A stretch of DNA of 63,714 nt, counting the filler, from Conidiobolus incongruus B7586 (Eukaryota), in the NCBI GenBank assembly GCA_000697335.1. It is 20 parts of 20 records of this genome, joined end to end, with 100 filler letters (N's around TTAATTAATTAA, not from the genome) between each part and the next. Parts side by side here need not be neighbours in the genome. Positions count along the whole stretch, not along the records: positions 21,149 to 26,962 come from JNEM01004258.1; positions 27,063 to 32,473 come from JNEM01004262.1; positions 32,574 to 36,928 come from JNEM01004264.1; positions 37,029 to 42,230 come from JNEM01004268.1; 16 more parts are not named here. The stretch is one strand, 5' to 3'. Under the pieces are notes generated by a model. It ran no database searches. It saw nothing but the letters and a program-made list of their open reading frames with translations, and was not told the origin of the DNA. Below, piece by piece: positions 24,226-38,279 of the stretch; position 1 is the first letter of the stretch; each line of letters begins with the position of its first letter. The position numbers were made by a program, and so were the translations under genes.

Positions 24226-27200
24226 TTTCTTTTAATTGTTGGTGGTGCTAGTAGAGTCTGAATGATAGTGGAGGATATGGTTAGAATCTTGGAATGTAAC
24301 TGATTTTAGTGATGTGTCAAAGCTGTATGAAGGGAGGGGGTTTCTAAGGGAGGAATATCGATAGATAATGAAAATTGGTCAAGTTCCTTAAAGTTATTAT
24401 TCAACAATTTAACCCGTTTAAAATTTTTTTTTCAATTGGGGATGATTCATTTGTTGATGGCATTATAATATCTCGATCCCTAAATAGCTCCTATTAATAC
24501 ACATTTTATGATCGATATGTGTATACTTTTTTTCTTGAAATGAAGCTTTATTTCATCCTATCGCCCCAATTACTGTTAATAATGTATAATATTATTCAAT
24601 ATAAGGATCCTAACACATTCAACAAGACACTATTTTTAAATAAAACAGACAAATGCACTTAGATTGTAAGCGAATCTTGATCAATTGCAAAAATGATCAA
24701 AGCATAAAATATCATCCCAGGAAAAAATCTCAGTCTATCATAACTTACCCAATAAGATTACAAAGTTATATAAATTAGAACTTTTTTCTCTCCAACCCAT
24801 TATTTAAATCAGAGTTTCTTTCTAATTATGGCGGTGGAAGGATCGATCAGTAACTACGATATTCGATGAGTATTAAATGGCCATTGGTCTTCCTACCTTT
24901 CTTCTCCTTTAACTTGTCTCACAATCTTATAGCCTTCAACATTCATTGGTTCACCTTTAAACAGTTGATAATACCTGATTTTCATCCCAACATGAAAATA
25001 GAGAATAGGAATGGTGTAATTCTGCAAAGTTAAATGTTTAATCGAAAGAGTTATACTCGATCGATCGATGACCAGAATCCAAATATGTCAGAGAAGGAAA
25101 TTTGAACAGTGCTCAGGTTATGGTTTGACCAATAATCGTTTCCCAATCCAACGTTTCAAACTTCACCATTGGCTCAATCCATTTCAGCAAATCACCTTTC
25201 AACATTTTTTAAAATAATTATTTTAACTTTTAACCCCTCATTTGTTTGAAATTTCATTTCAAATCCGATTTAGCAATCGTTGAAAATTTGCAAAACTATT
25301 AAAGATATATTTATAACTATCATTTCGAAACTATTTAATTCTATATTCATTTTGTCTATACTGAGGAATCGAGTGTTTGAGACATCAACTTTGTGCTTGT
25401 TATTGCTTATTCAGAACCCAATTTTAGCAAAATTTTTAAATTGACAAGTATTATTAGTAAGGTATTTTCAAATTTATATGTCAAAAATTTTGTATACAGG
25501 GAGTTTTTTTCAATTTCAACACAATAATATTTTAATATTGCATCAAATTATATAAAGAAAAATTGCAAATAACTGTATGTTGTATTTTTTGTTTCATAAA
25601 CAATTGGCAATTGATAATTACTTAATAATAATTATTAAATCTTAAAATATCATTAAATATTCACTCAAAAGTTGATTAATAGATGGAAATAGCAATACTA
25701 AATAATTATATTAAGATTAAATAATATTTTTTATATTGTCAACATGAACTAAATACATTACCATATTGAGTAATCACTTTTAATCCCCAATTCTATTGAA
25801 TTAAATTTATTTGAAATTTGGATTTCATTAAAAAATTGCCCAAAAGTAAGAATTGATACGAAGTTTTAACTAAAATGTAATTTAAATTATCAAATTGCCG
25901 CACTATTCCATCTTCCAAATTCTATTATTCCTCATACATAAATTTTTTGAGTTTGGAATTTTGAATTTTATTAAATTTGTGGCATTCTTGCCTAGTTTAT
26001 ATTGTTTAAAGATATTTGATTATTTTAGTTATTTTCATTTAATAACTTGAAATTTGAAATGATATCATTATTAATCATTATAAAAAACAAAATATATTTT
26101 ATCTATAATTTCATGTTAAAGTTAGTGATAATATTCATATATTAAAATTAAAATTTTTCTAATAGATATATTTTATATTTTGAATAGATTATTATAAAAT
26201 TATTTTAAAATTTATTGGGATAAGAACTTTAGATCATTGCAAAACCACATTGTGATATTATTTGTTAATTTATAATAGTTTTGATTGGATTTAGTCAGAA
26301 TTGATAATGATTTACAATTAGAAAATATATGATTTTCTACAGGAATATTTAGATAGTTTAGTTATACCACTACATTATATTGTAATTTGAGAAATTATAG
26401 GTTATTTAAAGGACCAACTATCGAAAATTCGATTATATATTCAGATTTATTAATCATGAAATGGATTTATATTTGATTATGTTTTAAATTAATAATTTAA
26501 TCATAAAAGCAGTTCTAAATAATACTGTATTAGCGATTTATTTATATAATATTTCAAAAATAATCCATTTTAAAAAAATAAAATTTAATTCAAAATAAAT
26601 TGAATTATTGAATTATTAAATTCTGATGATATTACATGTAATGCTATAATAAATAAAACAATATAGGTAATATAAAGTATTATATAAAAAATTATATAAC
26701 AAACTTTTGTTATATTAAATTTAAATTAAAATTGCAATATATTGTTTTAAATTAAATACTTAAAAATTATTACAAAAAATATATAATATAAATATATAAT
26801 AATAACAAAAAATAAATTTAAAGTGTGAAATTGAGTTATTAATATTTATACTTATTATATATTAAGTGAATTTTTTTATTTATTAAACGTATCCTTAAAA
26901 AATTATTTATTATATATTATAAATTTTGAATATTAAATAAAAATATTTATTAACTAATTAAANNNNNNNNNNNNNNNNNNNNNNNNNNNNNNNNNNNNNN
27001 NNNNNNTTAATTAATTAANNNNNNNNNNNNNNNNNNNNNNNNNNNNNNNNNNNNNNNNNNNNATTATTATATTATATTTCCCATAAAATAACTTTAATAA
27101 TTTTAATAAATATTTAATTATTTTGATTATTTTAATAATTATAAAATATAATTAAATTAAAATATTTGAAATTTAAAAACTATCTATTAATATTAACTGG

Positions 27201-28220
27201 TTAATATCTATTAAATTATATATAAAAAACTATTATTAATAAAGATTATATTAATTTATTATAATTGTATATTATTAATAAATATGATTTATATAATACT
27301 AAACAGATATATATTTTAATGATATTAATATAATTGTAAATATATATAATATTATAACAATATAATTTTTAAATCTATTATTTAAAAAAATAAAAGTAAT
27401 ATATATAAATGAATAAAATGGATTTTATATTAATATCTTATATTGAAACAAAATTTAGTCAATAAATAAATTTATTAAAAGAATTTGGAGAATTTCAATT
27501 TTGATAGATAATTAAATTAAATTTTTAATTATTATTTATTTTTTATTCAGTATATAATAGTGTTAACTAAGTATTAATAATATCTGGATTATTTTCTGAT
27601 CATTCCTTGTTATTGCTTAAATAATTTAATTTTAAGTGATTTAATATAAAATTGATTATTAATAATATTATCTAATCATTATTAACTTATATATTATAGG
27701 TATAAATACCTACCAAAATTTGACTGTTAAAATTACTTAAGTTTACACTTATAATTTCCTTATTATATTAATTGATAATTAATTATTAAATTAAAAAGAT
27801 GAAATTTTAATTTATATTATTATAATTCATATTTTTTATTCTTATTAAATAAATAATATGAATTTAACATGTTAATATATTATTTATTAAAAATTAAAGG
27901 TTAAAAATTTTATATACTGAATATGCACACAAAATTTTAAATTCATCAAATTTAGTTTATGATTTATTTGTCATGATGATTTATATATAGAAATTGTTTA
28001 AAATAAAATGTATATATTTAATCAATTTATCTAATTATTTCATATTAAATTGTTTTGTTAATTAATAAAATTTTAATTGAAATTTTAATTACAAAAATAA
28101 AAATTGTTTAAAACTTATAAAATACACTAAAAAATAGACATAAATATAAAAAAGAATAAATTACAATAATTATTAAAAAAATTTTATTAACAAAATTTAA
28201 GTATAAAACTTAATGAATTT

Positions 28221-29557
28221 TTAGTGTTTTAAATTAATTCCTCTCAATTCGTTAGCAATGTAGTCGCCAGTCAAGACCTTAGGATACTTCTTGTGGATTT
28301 TAGCAAATTCAGGATTGGTTCCGTCTTTGTTTTCGGGTAAGATGGGTTCTAATTCTTCGTCAAGGCCGACGTGGAGGAAGAAGGTGGAAGAAATACGCCA
28401 GAGAGAGCGATTTTCAGCCTTTGCCTTTTCAATAGCCTATATAATCGGAATAAGTATAAATGGTTAGATGGACTAGTTTGGATGTATACCTTAACAGTGT
28501 TTTCATTGACGATGACTTCGTGGTAACCAGCGACGATCTTACCACCGGTGAGGTATTCGAGTTCTTTACCAGCTTGGACTAAGAGGCAGCCAGTGGGGAC
28601 TTTGACACCGATCTTGAGGGGGGAGTTACGGGCCCAGATGTTGAGACCAGGGTATCTAGACTTACCGTGGATAGTGAGTAAGTTCAAATCGTAGTGGAAA
28701 CCTAATCACATTATTAACGAGAAGATCATATTGGAATTTTGAAATTGAATTACCAGCCAAAACAGTGTTCAGTTGGCCATTTTTACCAAGGTCGGAACCA
28801 GTAGGAGCTAAAAGATGAGGTCCGTATTTGATGTAGTTCAAGAAAGTGTCGGCAGGGAGATCGAGACCAACAGCTAACATTTCAGCGATGGTGCAGACTG
28901 CAGTCTTCATCAAACCACCCCAGGTATTCATAGTGTCAGTCCAGTTAGGGAAAGCTATTGCAAAATTAGTTTATAATTTGCAAACTCAGTGCAAGAAGTT
29001 ACCCTTGGGAATGACAGGGTCCATCTTTTCAAATTTGGAATCTTCTTTGCCTTCACCCATCTTCCAGAAGAATCTCCACTTGCAGTCGGGCTTGTCAGTG
29101 GGTAAAGGCTTGCTGTCGTCAGGCATCTAACCATCTCCAATTAATTCCAATATTTTAAAATACCATAAATATACTTACGCTGTGGACAATATCTTGACAG
29201 ACCGGGTCAGTCTTACATCTGGGATCTTCAACATTATCGGGAGTAACACCAACTTGATAACTGTGCTCAGGTCTAGCGTCTTCTAATTTAGTTTCATAAG
29301 GTTGTTCAAAATATTGTTCCATTGTATCCAAGAACTTTTCATTGTATTCTTCTTTGACGCGAGGGTCTCTTAAGGTAAGAGTACCGTATTTAATTAAACT
29401 TTCGGCAACCTTTTCAAGATAATAGGTTTAACTAATTGCTCTACATATAGAGTATAAATAATACCTTTTTACATTCTTTCAAAGCTTCTGGGGATTTGGG
29501 ATCATTTAAATAGGGTTCCAATTCAATGAGAGGTAAATCGATGACTGAAGCAACCAT
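28221..29557 (-). CDS. 2-oxoglutarate/Fe(II)-dependent dioxygenase (IPNS-like fold), 358 aa; exons 29557-29465, 29409-29179, 29126-29003, 28954-28754, 28701-28490, 28436-28221
   Basis: Six exons splice in frame through GT-AG introns. LPLIEL start, HYD...H (FHYDLN, YHEV) facial triad, and RxS motif (WRISS). Confidence 0.93.
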
Positions 29558-32500
29558 TTTTGTTTTATATATTTATTTTTATTAAATTATTTTCTTTTCA
29601 TTTTATTTGTATAATGGTTTAAATAAACATAAACCCATACTAATTATTATGGGATCAAATATATTTATATTAATATTCATTAAATTAGGATTATATTATA
29701 ACAAATCATGTAGTGGAAATACTTATAAAATGAGGAATGTACGCTATACTTATTGTTAAAAGAGAATAATTACAGTCCTTTTGAGACTGGTAACAGTGGA
29801 TATTGAGAACTTCACATATTATATTTTGCATCCAATTTGCATTATTCTTTAATATTGCTATTTTAATATATTGTGGATTATGAGAGTATTAGCTAAATTT
29901 ATATATTGAGTTTATTCAGTGCCTAATTTGACATTATTGAGTAATGGATATTTAATGATATAGCGGTAATACATGCTTTTAATATGTATAAATTAATTTA
30001 AATTTTTAAATTATATAAAATCCTTTAATAAATCTAATAAATTTTAATAATCTTAAAAAAATATTCAGAATTTATCTTGTCTAATTAAATGCGACTAATG
30101 CTACATCAACTAATAAAATGGATCCAATAGAAAGTTCCTAATGACAATTGAAATTTTTTGTTTTGATAAAAAGGAAATCTGATCAAAATCAAATGTTTAT
30201 GATGACTGTTGGTATATTTTAGTTAGTGTTTTAAAATAGTATTGATGAAATTTTATAATTTTAGTATTATTGAAGAAATTTACAGTAATTATTTAGCCAA
30301 AACAATTATTTCATAGAAATTATAATAACAATTAAAATTTATTCGATCAATGAATTTGAATAGATTAGATTTTTTTCAAATTCAAAAAGGTTACACTTAT
30401 TTTCATCTTCCAGTCAATATACCACTTGAAAATTAACTGTGAATATTACCTATTTTAGATAACGAATATTTTAAAGTTAGTTCTTGTCTAATTCGAGTTC
30501 ATACATATTCAATAATACTTACGTTTTTGATTCTTATTTCTCTAAAAATATTAACAGCTTTAAACAATTTCGCTTATACTAACAATATATGCTATAGTAA
30601 CTATTTCAATCAGTTTATTAAATAAATCTGTTAATTATATTCAATTCAATTAATTATCACAGATATTAGTTATTTTCAATACAATATACTACACTTTGAA
30701 TTCATATTACTATTGTTCAACCAATAGCAAAAGTAAATATATATTTGTTCAATATACAATGATCCAATTACATTTAATTGTATCCTTAATTTAATAATAC
30801 ATATGGTCACTATCGATGGATTTCAAATGTATTGTTAACTTTTAAAACACCTATTTTATTGAAGTACATTCAACTAGATCATAGTTATTCAGACTAATTT
30901 TTAATATAGTGATATTCAAAACCAGAATTTATAGGTGATTCAAATTTATTGCAAATAATTAGTTCGTGTTAAACTATACTAATATTATCAGTTGAATACT
31001 TTTAATATATTATAATTGATAATTAAATACTCCAACTATTAAGCTGATGGAAGTTTTATATTTGCATTTTATTACAAGATAACTTGATTCAATAATGCAT
31101 TTTTTATTTATTTTTATCGAAATTGTATTCAATAATTATATAGATACTGTTCAATATTTTAAATTCTTTACTATAATTATTTTTGATGTATATTCGGAAA
31201 AATAATTTAAAACAATCCATGAAAACAAACTGACTACAATATAAAAAGTTGACAATAATTTTTCAATTTCTGGAAAAAATTAATATAGTTTGAAATGTTA
31301 TTTATATTTCATGATATGTATAAATACTGTATTTTCATACATATTTATCGAATATCAACTATAACATATAATATATAATCAATATATTATTTCTTATATA
31401 TCTTCTAATCAATGACGTATTCAAATTTTGGTTATGATTTTATGAAATCATTAGTTTTTTTGATTAAAATTATGAAAATTTTTGATATGTATTATTATTT
31501 ATCCAAAAACATAGTTTGATTTTGTAGATATAGACGCATAATTTGCAAATAGTTCGATAAAAACTAAGGAAATAATAAAGTACTACATACCTCCAATTTA
31601 TTTTTTAATTATATTACTCGGTTCTAATAAATTTTTCAGTTTTCAAAATGATAATTTTTTCAATATTCTCAAATTTATTAATTAGAACAATAGATTCCAA
31701 AAATTAGGCTTAATTTTGAATTCTTAAAATGTTTTAAAGATATAATATATAGTATTAATATACTGCTTAAAATAGATTAAATACCTATCACAATTAACGA
31801 GATATTATCATTGTAATATAAAAAATACTCAAACTATCATAAATATACTTATAAATGGTTCTTTATTAGACTAAAACAAAATAAATTTAATAATTTATTA
31901 GATAGTTTAAGATTCAGTATTATTATACTCCATTATATAACATATTATTAAGAATAGTTCTTTTGTCTATATTCCTAATAAGAACCTTATTTTTAATATA
32001 TACCAAATGATGTTAAAATATAAATATAATATATTATATCATAAATCTAATTTCAATTATTTAAAACAACTATAATTAGGAACTGAGGTTATTATATTAT
32101 TGATTTTGATTTCTAACCAATTTATCTAAAAACTTATGATATTTGATTTGCAACATAAAAAGTTTTGTCAATATTATATTTATTTACTTGTTTGATATAT
32201 CAACTATAAAACATTCAATCATAATATAAGCTATTTTGAATATATCTTAATATTGACTATATAAATAAATAAATTAATTAAAATTTTTCATATATAATTT
32301 TCATTATATAAACTAAAGGTTTTAAAATTATTTTTAAATTTAATAATTTGAAATAATGTAATTATTTGATTAAATTACTAATTTAAGTAATTATGAATAT
32401 ATCAAAATATTAATTTGTTTTTGATAATAATTTATAATCTAATTTATCTTAATAATTTTAAATAATAGAATTTNNNNNNNNNNNNNNNNNNNNNNNNNNN

Positions 32501-34554
32501 NNNNNNNNNNNNNNNNNTTAATTAATTAANNNNNNNNNNNNNNNNNNNNNNNNNNNNNNNNNNNNNNNNNNNNATATTTAATTGATTTATAATAAATTAA
32601 ATATAAATAAGACTAATTTATATTAAAATACAAGATTTTAAAATTTTGTTTATAAATAATCATTAATTATTATTTTATTCAAATTAACGTTTTAATTAAT
32701 AATTTATATTAAATATAATAAATCAAATAATAATTATATGAATTTCATATTATTATAATCGGAAATTTATGGATCATTTAAATTATATACATAGGTTCAA
32801 AGTTTATATTTGAATATTAATTATTCCATATTGCAGCTCTTATTATATATTTTTTATTAGTTTTAAATTTATAGTTAAATTATTTATATAAATAATAAAA
32901 TATGAGTAAATTTTTAATTTTGATAAGTATTTTTTTAAATAATCAAAGTTGATCAATTGTTTAAATATAGAAAAAAAATTATATAAACAATCAGTTAATA
33001 ATATTCAAAATAATATAGAGATATATAATATGGAATTAAATAAAGTCATAGATAAAGACAAAAATTTTAATTAGAATCAAAACTCTTTAGTACAATAATT
33101 AAGTGAGAATAAATATAATAATTTACTATTAATTCTCTAAAATGAAAGCAGAATAATTTGAAATCATATTTTTAAAATGATATAATAAAATAAAATATAA
33201 AATTGATACAGAATTTAAAAGGATTTGAAAATGATAATTATTAATATTTGATTTATTAAAGTTGATATAGTAATATAAAGACAGTATAACTTACAATAAC
33301 TGAAAATAACAAAATTAACCACAATCAAAATATTACAATTCTAATAAGGATTAATTTTGATTTATTATAATGGAATATATTTATATTATCAAATTGATAA
33401 AAATAAAGAGAATTTAATATTTAATAAATTGTTTTAAAATACCAAAGTATAATTTAATAGATATTGAGTTGAATTTTCATATAAAATGTATCGATTAGTA
33501 TAAAATATAGTTTTAGAAAATACTGTTTAAATATAAATAATTCAATATTTCCAATAGAGAAATATATATGGTGATGAAGAAATTAATAATGATTAGTGAA
33601 TATACTGTACATGTATAGATTATATAACGATAAAGATTAGTTTAATTAATGATATATATATTGATATAAATCATTGAATCATAAATCATAATATAATTAA
33701 AAATAATATAGATTATGAATACAAATAATATTAAACTGATAGAAAAAATTATTATTTGTGAAAATGTTTAAAACAAATCGAAAAAGCCTTTAAAAGGTTA
33801 TTTGTCAAATAAAAAAGCTTCATAACTTGAGGAAAATATTATTTTTTTTTAATTTTTATCTCTATTATTAATATTTAAAATATATTGAATCAGATTTGGA
33901 ATATCAAAATATCAAAGTTTTTTTATATTATACTATAAATAGAAATTTCAAAACAATTAATAGTTTATATTAATTTTCAATTGTATTATTATTGAGAATA
34001 CAAAATATTTCAATTACATTTTAGCTATAAATACATATAGAAAATTATCTGATTTGGGCATATTCAAATTATTTAATCATATTATAGTAAAAATGATGAC
34101 AATGTATTCATAGAGATAATAGTAATTCAAAATTATAAAATTTACAGTATTATATATTTAAAATAATGTCACTTTATTTGTATCAGTATTTAATTGTAAA
34201 AAATTTAATAATTCTGTTTTTTTTAAAATTAATATTTTCATTATTCAATTTAATAAAGTCCTCAAATAACCTAAAAATTAAATTATTTAAGAGAATAAAA
34301 ACGTAAAGTAATTGTAATTAGATATTTTTCTCAGTTAATAAGTGTTGATGCAATAATGAAATCATTAAATAAATTTAATCCACGATTTAAATTGAGGGTA
34401 AAAAAGAAATGATGAATAATTTTAGGGACTTTAAATAAAAATATTTAAAATGAAATACTTTTATTGAAAAAGAAAATTCATTAATTAGTTAGTATACCTT
34501 AAAAATATTTTTAATAAATAATACATATATATATATATATAATAAATTTTTAAA

Positions 34555-35706
34555 TTATATGAATTGATTATTCTCCTTTTCAAAGTATTTTAACTTAAGA
34601 GCAATAATGTTACTGGAAATACTAGAGTGACGATTCCCTAAAAAGTATTTGGCATGTTTAGCTAACAGTAGTTCAGTCATCATGGAATGAGTCGATGTCC
34701 ACACTATGTTACTCGGTACAAGTGTCATATTGGGTGCAAATCGCAGCATTTCGAGATTCTGACGACGCAATCCACGATCCAACTTCGATATTTCATTAGA
34801 GTCGGCGTTGGTTAAGAAGAGGACTTGATTAATTTTTGGGTTGATAGAATCTATAAACTCTGAAATTTTTACAAGAACTTCGTCTATACTTGGATAACAC
34901 TGGGATTTAAATTCTGCCCAATTTTTAGGATGATGCAAGTTTTCGTCATAGATAAAATTGAAGGCCCAATTCATTTGTCCAATATTAAATAGGTATTTGC
35001 AGTGTGGGGCAAAATCACCACGTCGTAATTGAATTGCTAAATATTCACCTTTAGTCAAATTATGATTGAGTATATAGGAATCGTATTGAGCAGTTATTAA
35101 GTTGGAAAATTTAAAGTGATTGATAATATTCTGCGCAAGCTGAGGAATCCAGTTGACAAAGTGAGGGCTTCTGTAAAAATTATATGGGGGAAATTGACCT
35201 ACCACTACACAGGGACCCAAATTATCTTTGAGGTTAATTATCCAATCTTCAACTTCGTCATAGTCCTTATGATGTTCGTCGAATGGGAAGTTGATGTACT
35301 GAATAAAAGGTCCGCAATACTTGTAAAACTGGGTCGTTGATACAGTTGGTAAATCTTTGAGAAATTCGTCCCTGTCTATGAATTCTGAAATATTAAAACG
35401 TCTTGAGAAGTAACTGTTATCCACCCTTAAATTCTCTTCTACCCAACCACGCCCTGAAAGTTGGCATATCAGCTTGGTGAACCATAGCTGCTCCAACTGG
35501 TTATTCAATCCACCTGGATTCCAACTAACGTGAATATAACCTTTACGAGGAGGGTACAGCACTTTTGAGTGCAAAGCAGGATCCAGTGTTTGATTCAACA
35601 AATTTAGATAGTAATCACTGGAATTAAAATAAATCCTATATAAAATAATAATACCAACTATCCAAATACAACATCGATTCAAATTAAATACTGAAGGATT
35701 CCTCAT
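34555..35706 (-). CDS. GDP-fucose O-fucosyltransferase-family glycosyltransferase, type II membrane protein, 383 aa, intronless
   Basis: N-terminal TM segment and family motifs GGLNNQ, YLAIQLRRGDF, FLTNA and FLGNRHSSIS. Confidence 0.88.
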   Translation of the reverse strand: MRNPSVFNLNRCCIWIVGIIILYRIYFNSSDYYLNLLNQTLDPALHSKVLYPPRKGYIHVSWNPGGLNNQLEQLWFTKLICQLSGRGWVEENLRVDNSYFSRRFNISEFIDRDEFLKDLPTVSTTQFYKYCGPFIQYINFPFDEHHKDYDEVEDWIINLKDNLGPCVVVGQFPPYNFYRSPHFVNWIPQLAQNIINHFKFSNLITAQYDSYILNHNLTKGEYLAIQLRRGDFAPHCKYLFNIGQMNWAFNFIYDENLHHPKNWAEFKSQCYPSIDEVLVKISEFIDSINPKINQVLFLTNADSNEISKLDRGLRRQNLEMLRFAPNMTLVPSNIVWTSTHSMMTELLLAKHAKYFLGNRHSSISSNIIALKLKYFEKENNQFI

Positions 35707-38279
35707 TTAAAATTATTTTATTACTATAATTTCATATAAACCAAAATTAATTATATTTAACAATGGAGTCAAAGAAAGATAAAAATAATTATTTTATATT
35801 AGGACTGTTTTTGGATAGCAAGTTTGTATTTATCTCGATTCCACAATTATGATATATGGGATTTTGCATATTCAAATGAAATTCTGTTTGAAACTTGGAA
35901 TTCAGCCAAGTTTTTTAATTACTTTTGGTCCCAATTATTCTTAAACTGTAAACTGAATCAAAAAATCAATTGTGGTGATTGATTTTGTGTATTTAGCCAA
36001 TTCTAAAAATAATCTAGGTTAAAATTACTGGAAAGATTAAAAAAGTTTTATAATAAAAATAAATATACTTTGATTTACCATTATTTTACTTATACAAGGC
36101 TATAATTTTAAAAGTTTCATTTCTTTAATTTTCTTTAATTTTCAAGAATATTTCCGTTAGCTACTTGAATCAAAAATGGTTAAATAATTTACTAAGAATT
36201 ACCATTATTCTTTATAATGGTTTAACTAAATTATATTTCCTTACTATCATATTGCAGTAAATTAACATAATTCTTTTTATAATGAATTTTGCTTTATTTT
36301 AATATTATATTTAACATTATCAAATTATTAAATGTATTCGAATTGATAAATTGTAGTTAATAATTAAATATTCAATTTATTAATAACAAATCCAGGTCAA
36401 AAAATAAACTAATTTTGGAAATTTGAAATGATGTCATAATGGGTTAATATTTATTTGATCAATTTCAAATTAAATAGTAATAAAATTTAAAATTTTAATT
36501 GATTGGTATTATTTAATTTTTAGAAACTTCTTAATTGAATGAAATATATTAAGAGAATATATAAGGCTAACATTTTATTAAAATATTAATTAAAAGGATT
36601 TTTATAAAGAGAGTAATAGGTAATAAATTTATAATAAGATTTTAATTTTTTTAAAAATAAAATATCGTTTTTAATAAAAATAAATATATATTAAGAATGT
36701 ACTGAAATAAGATAATCTGAAATACTTATCAATAATAATGATCCTAGTATATAAACTTAATAGTTATAATAAATGAATATAAATTTAAAATACTAAAATA
36801 TATATATTTTTATTAGAACTAATATATAGTAAATTTAGTTATAAAAATAATGATTATTTTTAATTAATTATTATAAAATTAATATATTAATGATAATTCA
36901 TAATATTATTATATATTAAAGATTAATANNNNNNNNNNNNNNNNNNNNNNNNNNNNNNNNNNNNNNNNNNNNTTAATTAATTAANNNNNNNNNNNNNNNN
37001 NNNNNNNNNNNNNNNNNNNNNNNNNNNNTAAATGATTAAAGTTGATATATATAATTTATATCATAATAATATTGATTAATTAAAGTTTAATAATAAAAAT
37101 TACTATAAATAATGAAATTAAATAATTATTTATAATGTTAATACATTAATTTTGTAATTTAATAATAGTATTAAATTTTATTCAAATTTATAATATATTA
37201 ATTTACCAAAATTTAATAAATAAAATATTATAAAACGTTAATAATACAATTGGTTAAATTGATATCTAATTAGAATTCTTATATATAATTCAATGAATAT
37301 GGGTTTTAAACTTTCATAATTTTTTAAAGATATAAAGCATAATTCTGAATTTGATATTGATGAATTTGAAAAAAAATTAGGACTTTAGTATCAAAATTAC
37401 TGAAATAGAGAATAATTCTGATTTATATTAAATTAAAATTTGGAAAATATTTGAATGACTAACAAGTCAAAAGATTGTATATATTTGCACCGCTTCCTTT
37501 ATTTCGACAATATATTGCTATTAATAATGAATTGAAGATAATTTTTGGAATTATATTTTAAGACCTTATAATTTAAACGTTAATATTAATCTATTCAAAA
37601 TATAAAATCGAATAATAAAATTAACTCTTATTTCATAAATAAATATCATATTTTTGTCACATTAAAAAGAAAATAGATACAGGATAAAATCAAACGATAC
37701 ATCAAATTGATAATCAAATAGACTAAAATAAATTAAATGTTTATTTTGAAATATTTCATTAAATATTATTAAAGAATTGTGTTTGATATCGTTAGATTCA
37801 AAACATTTGGAATGTTAAATTAATAAATCTAACCCCAATGTCTGATATAGCTATTCAATAAATGGAACATAAAATCAAAAAAATCCGAATTTTTGATATT
37901 ATAAATACAAATTATTGAATAATTAATTTACTAACCGGGATTTCACGTGATGGTTATAAGTGGAACAACTCATTTGATTGGATAGAATTGGTTATATGGA
38001 TACTAATGAGTCAGGAGTAAGCTGGTTAAAATAAGTAACATTATTTTACTGTTGATTGGATGCAACTAATTTGAATTCATTTAAAAGAAAAATTTGCATT
38101 ACTAAGCGGGTAGTCTTAGGGAGTTCAAAAATAATCAATACTATTGAATTTTTTATATAGTATTATTGCGATATTCGCTTTTGATATTGACGAAGTGAAC
38201 CAAATACATATTCCCTTAGTATTTAAGATTTAAGGGCTTGCAACTTTTTTATCATCTATATATAAAATTTTCACCGGAA

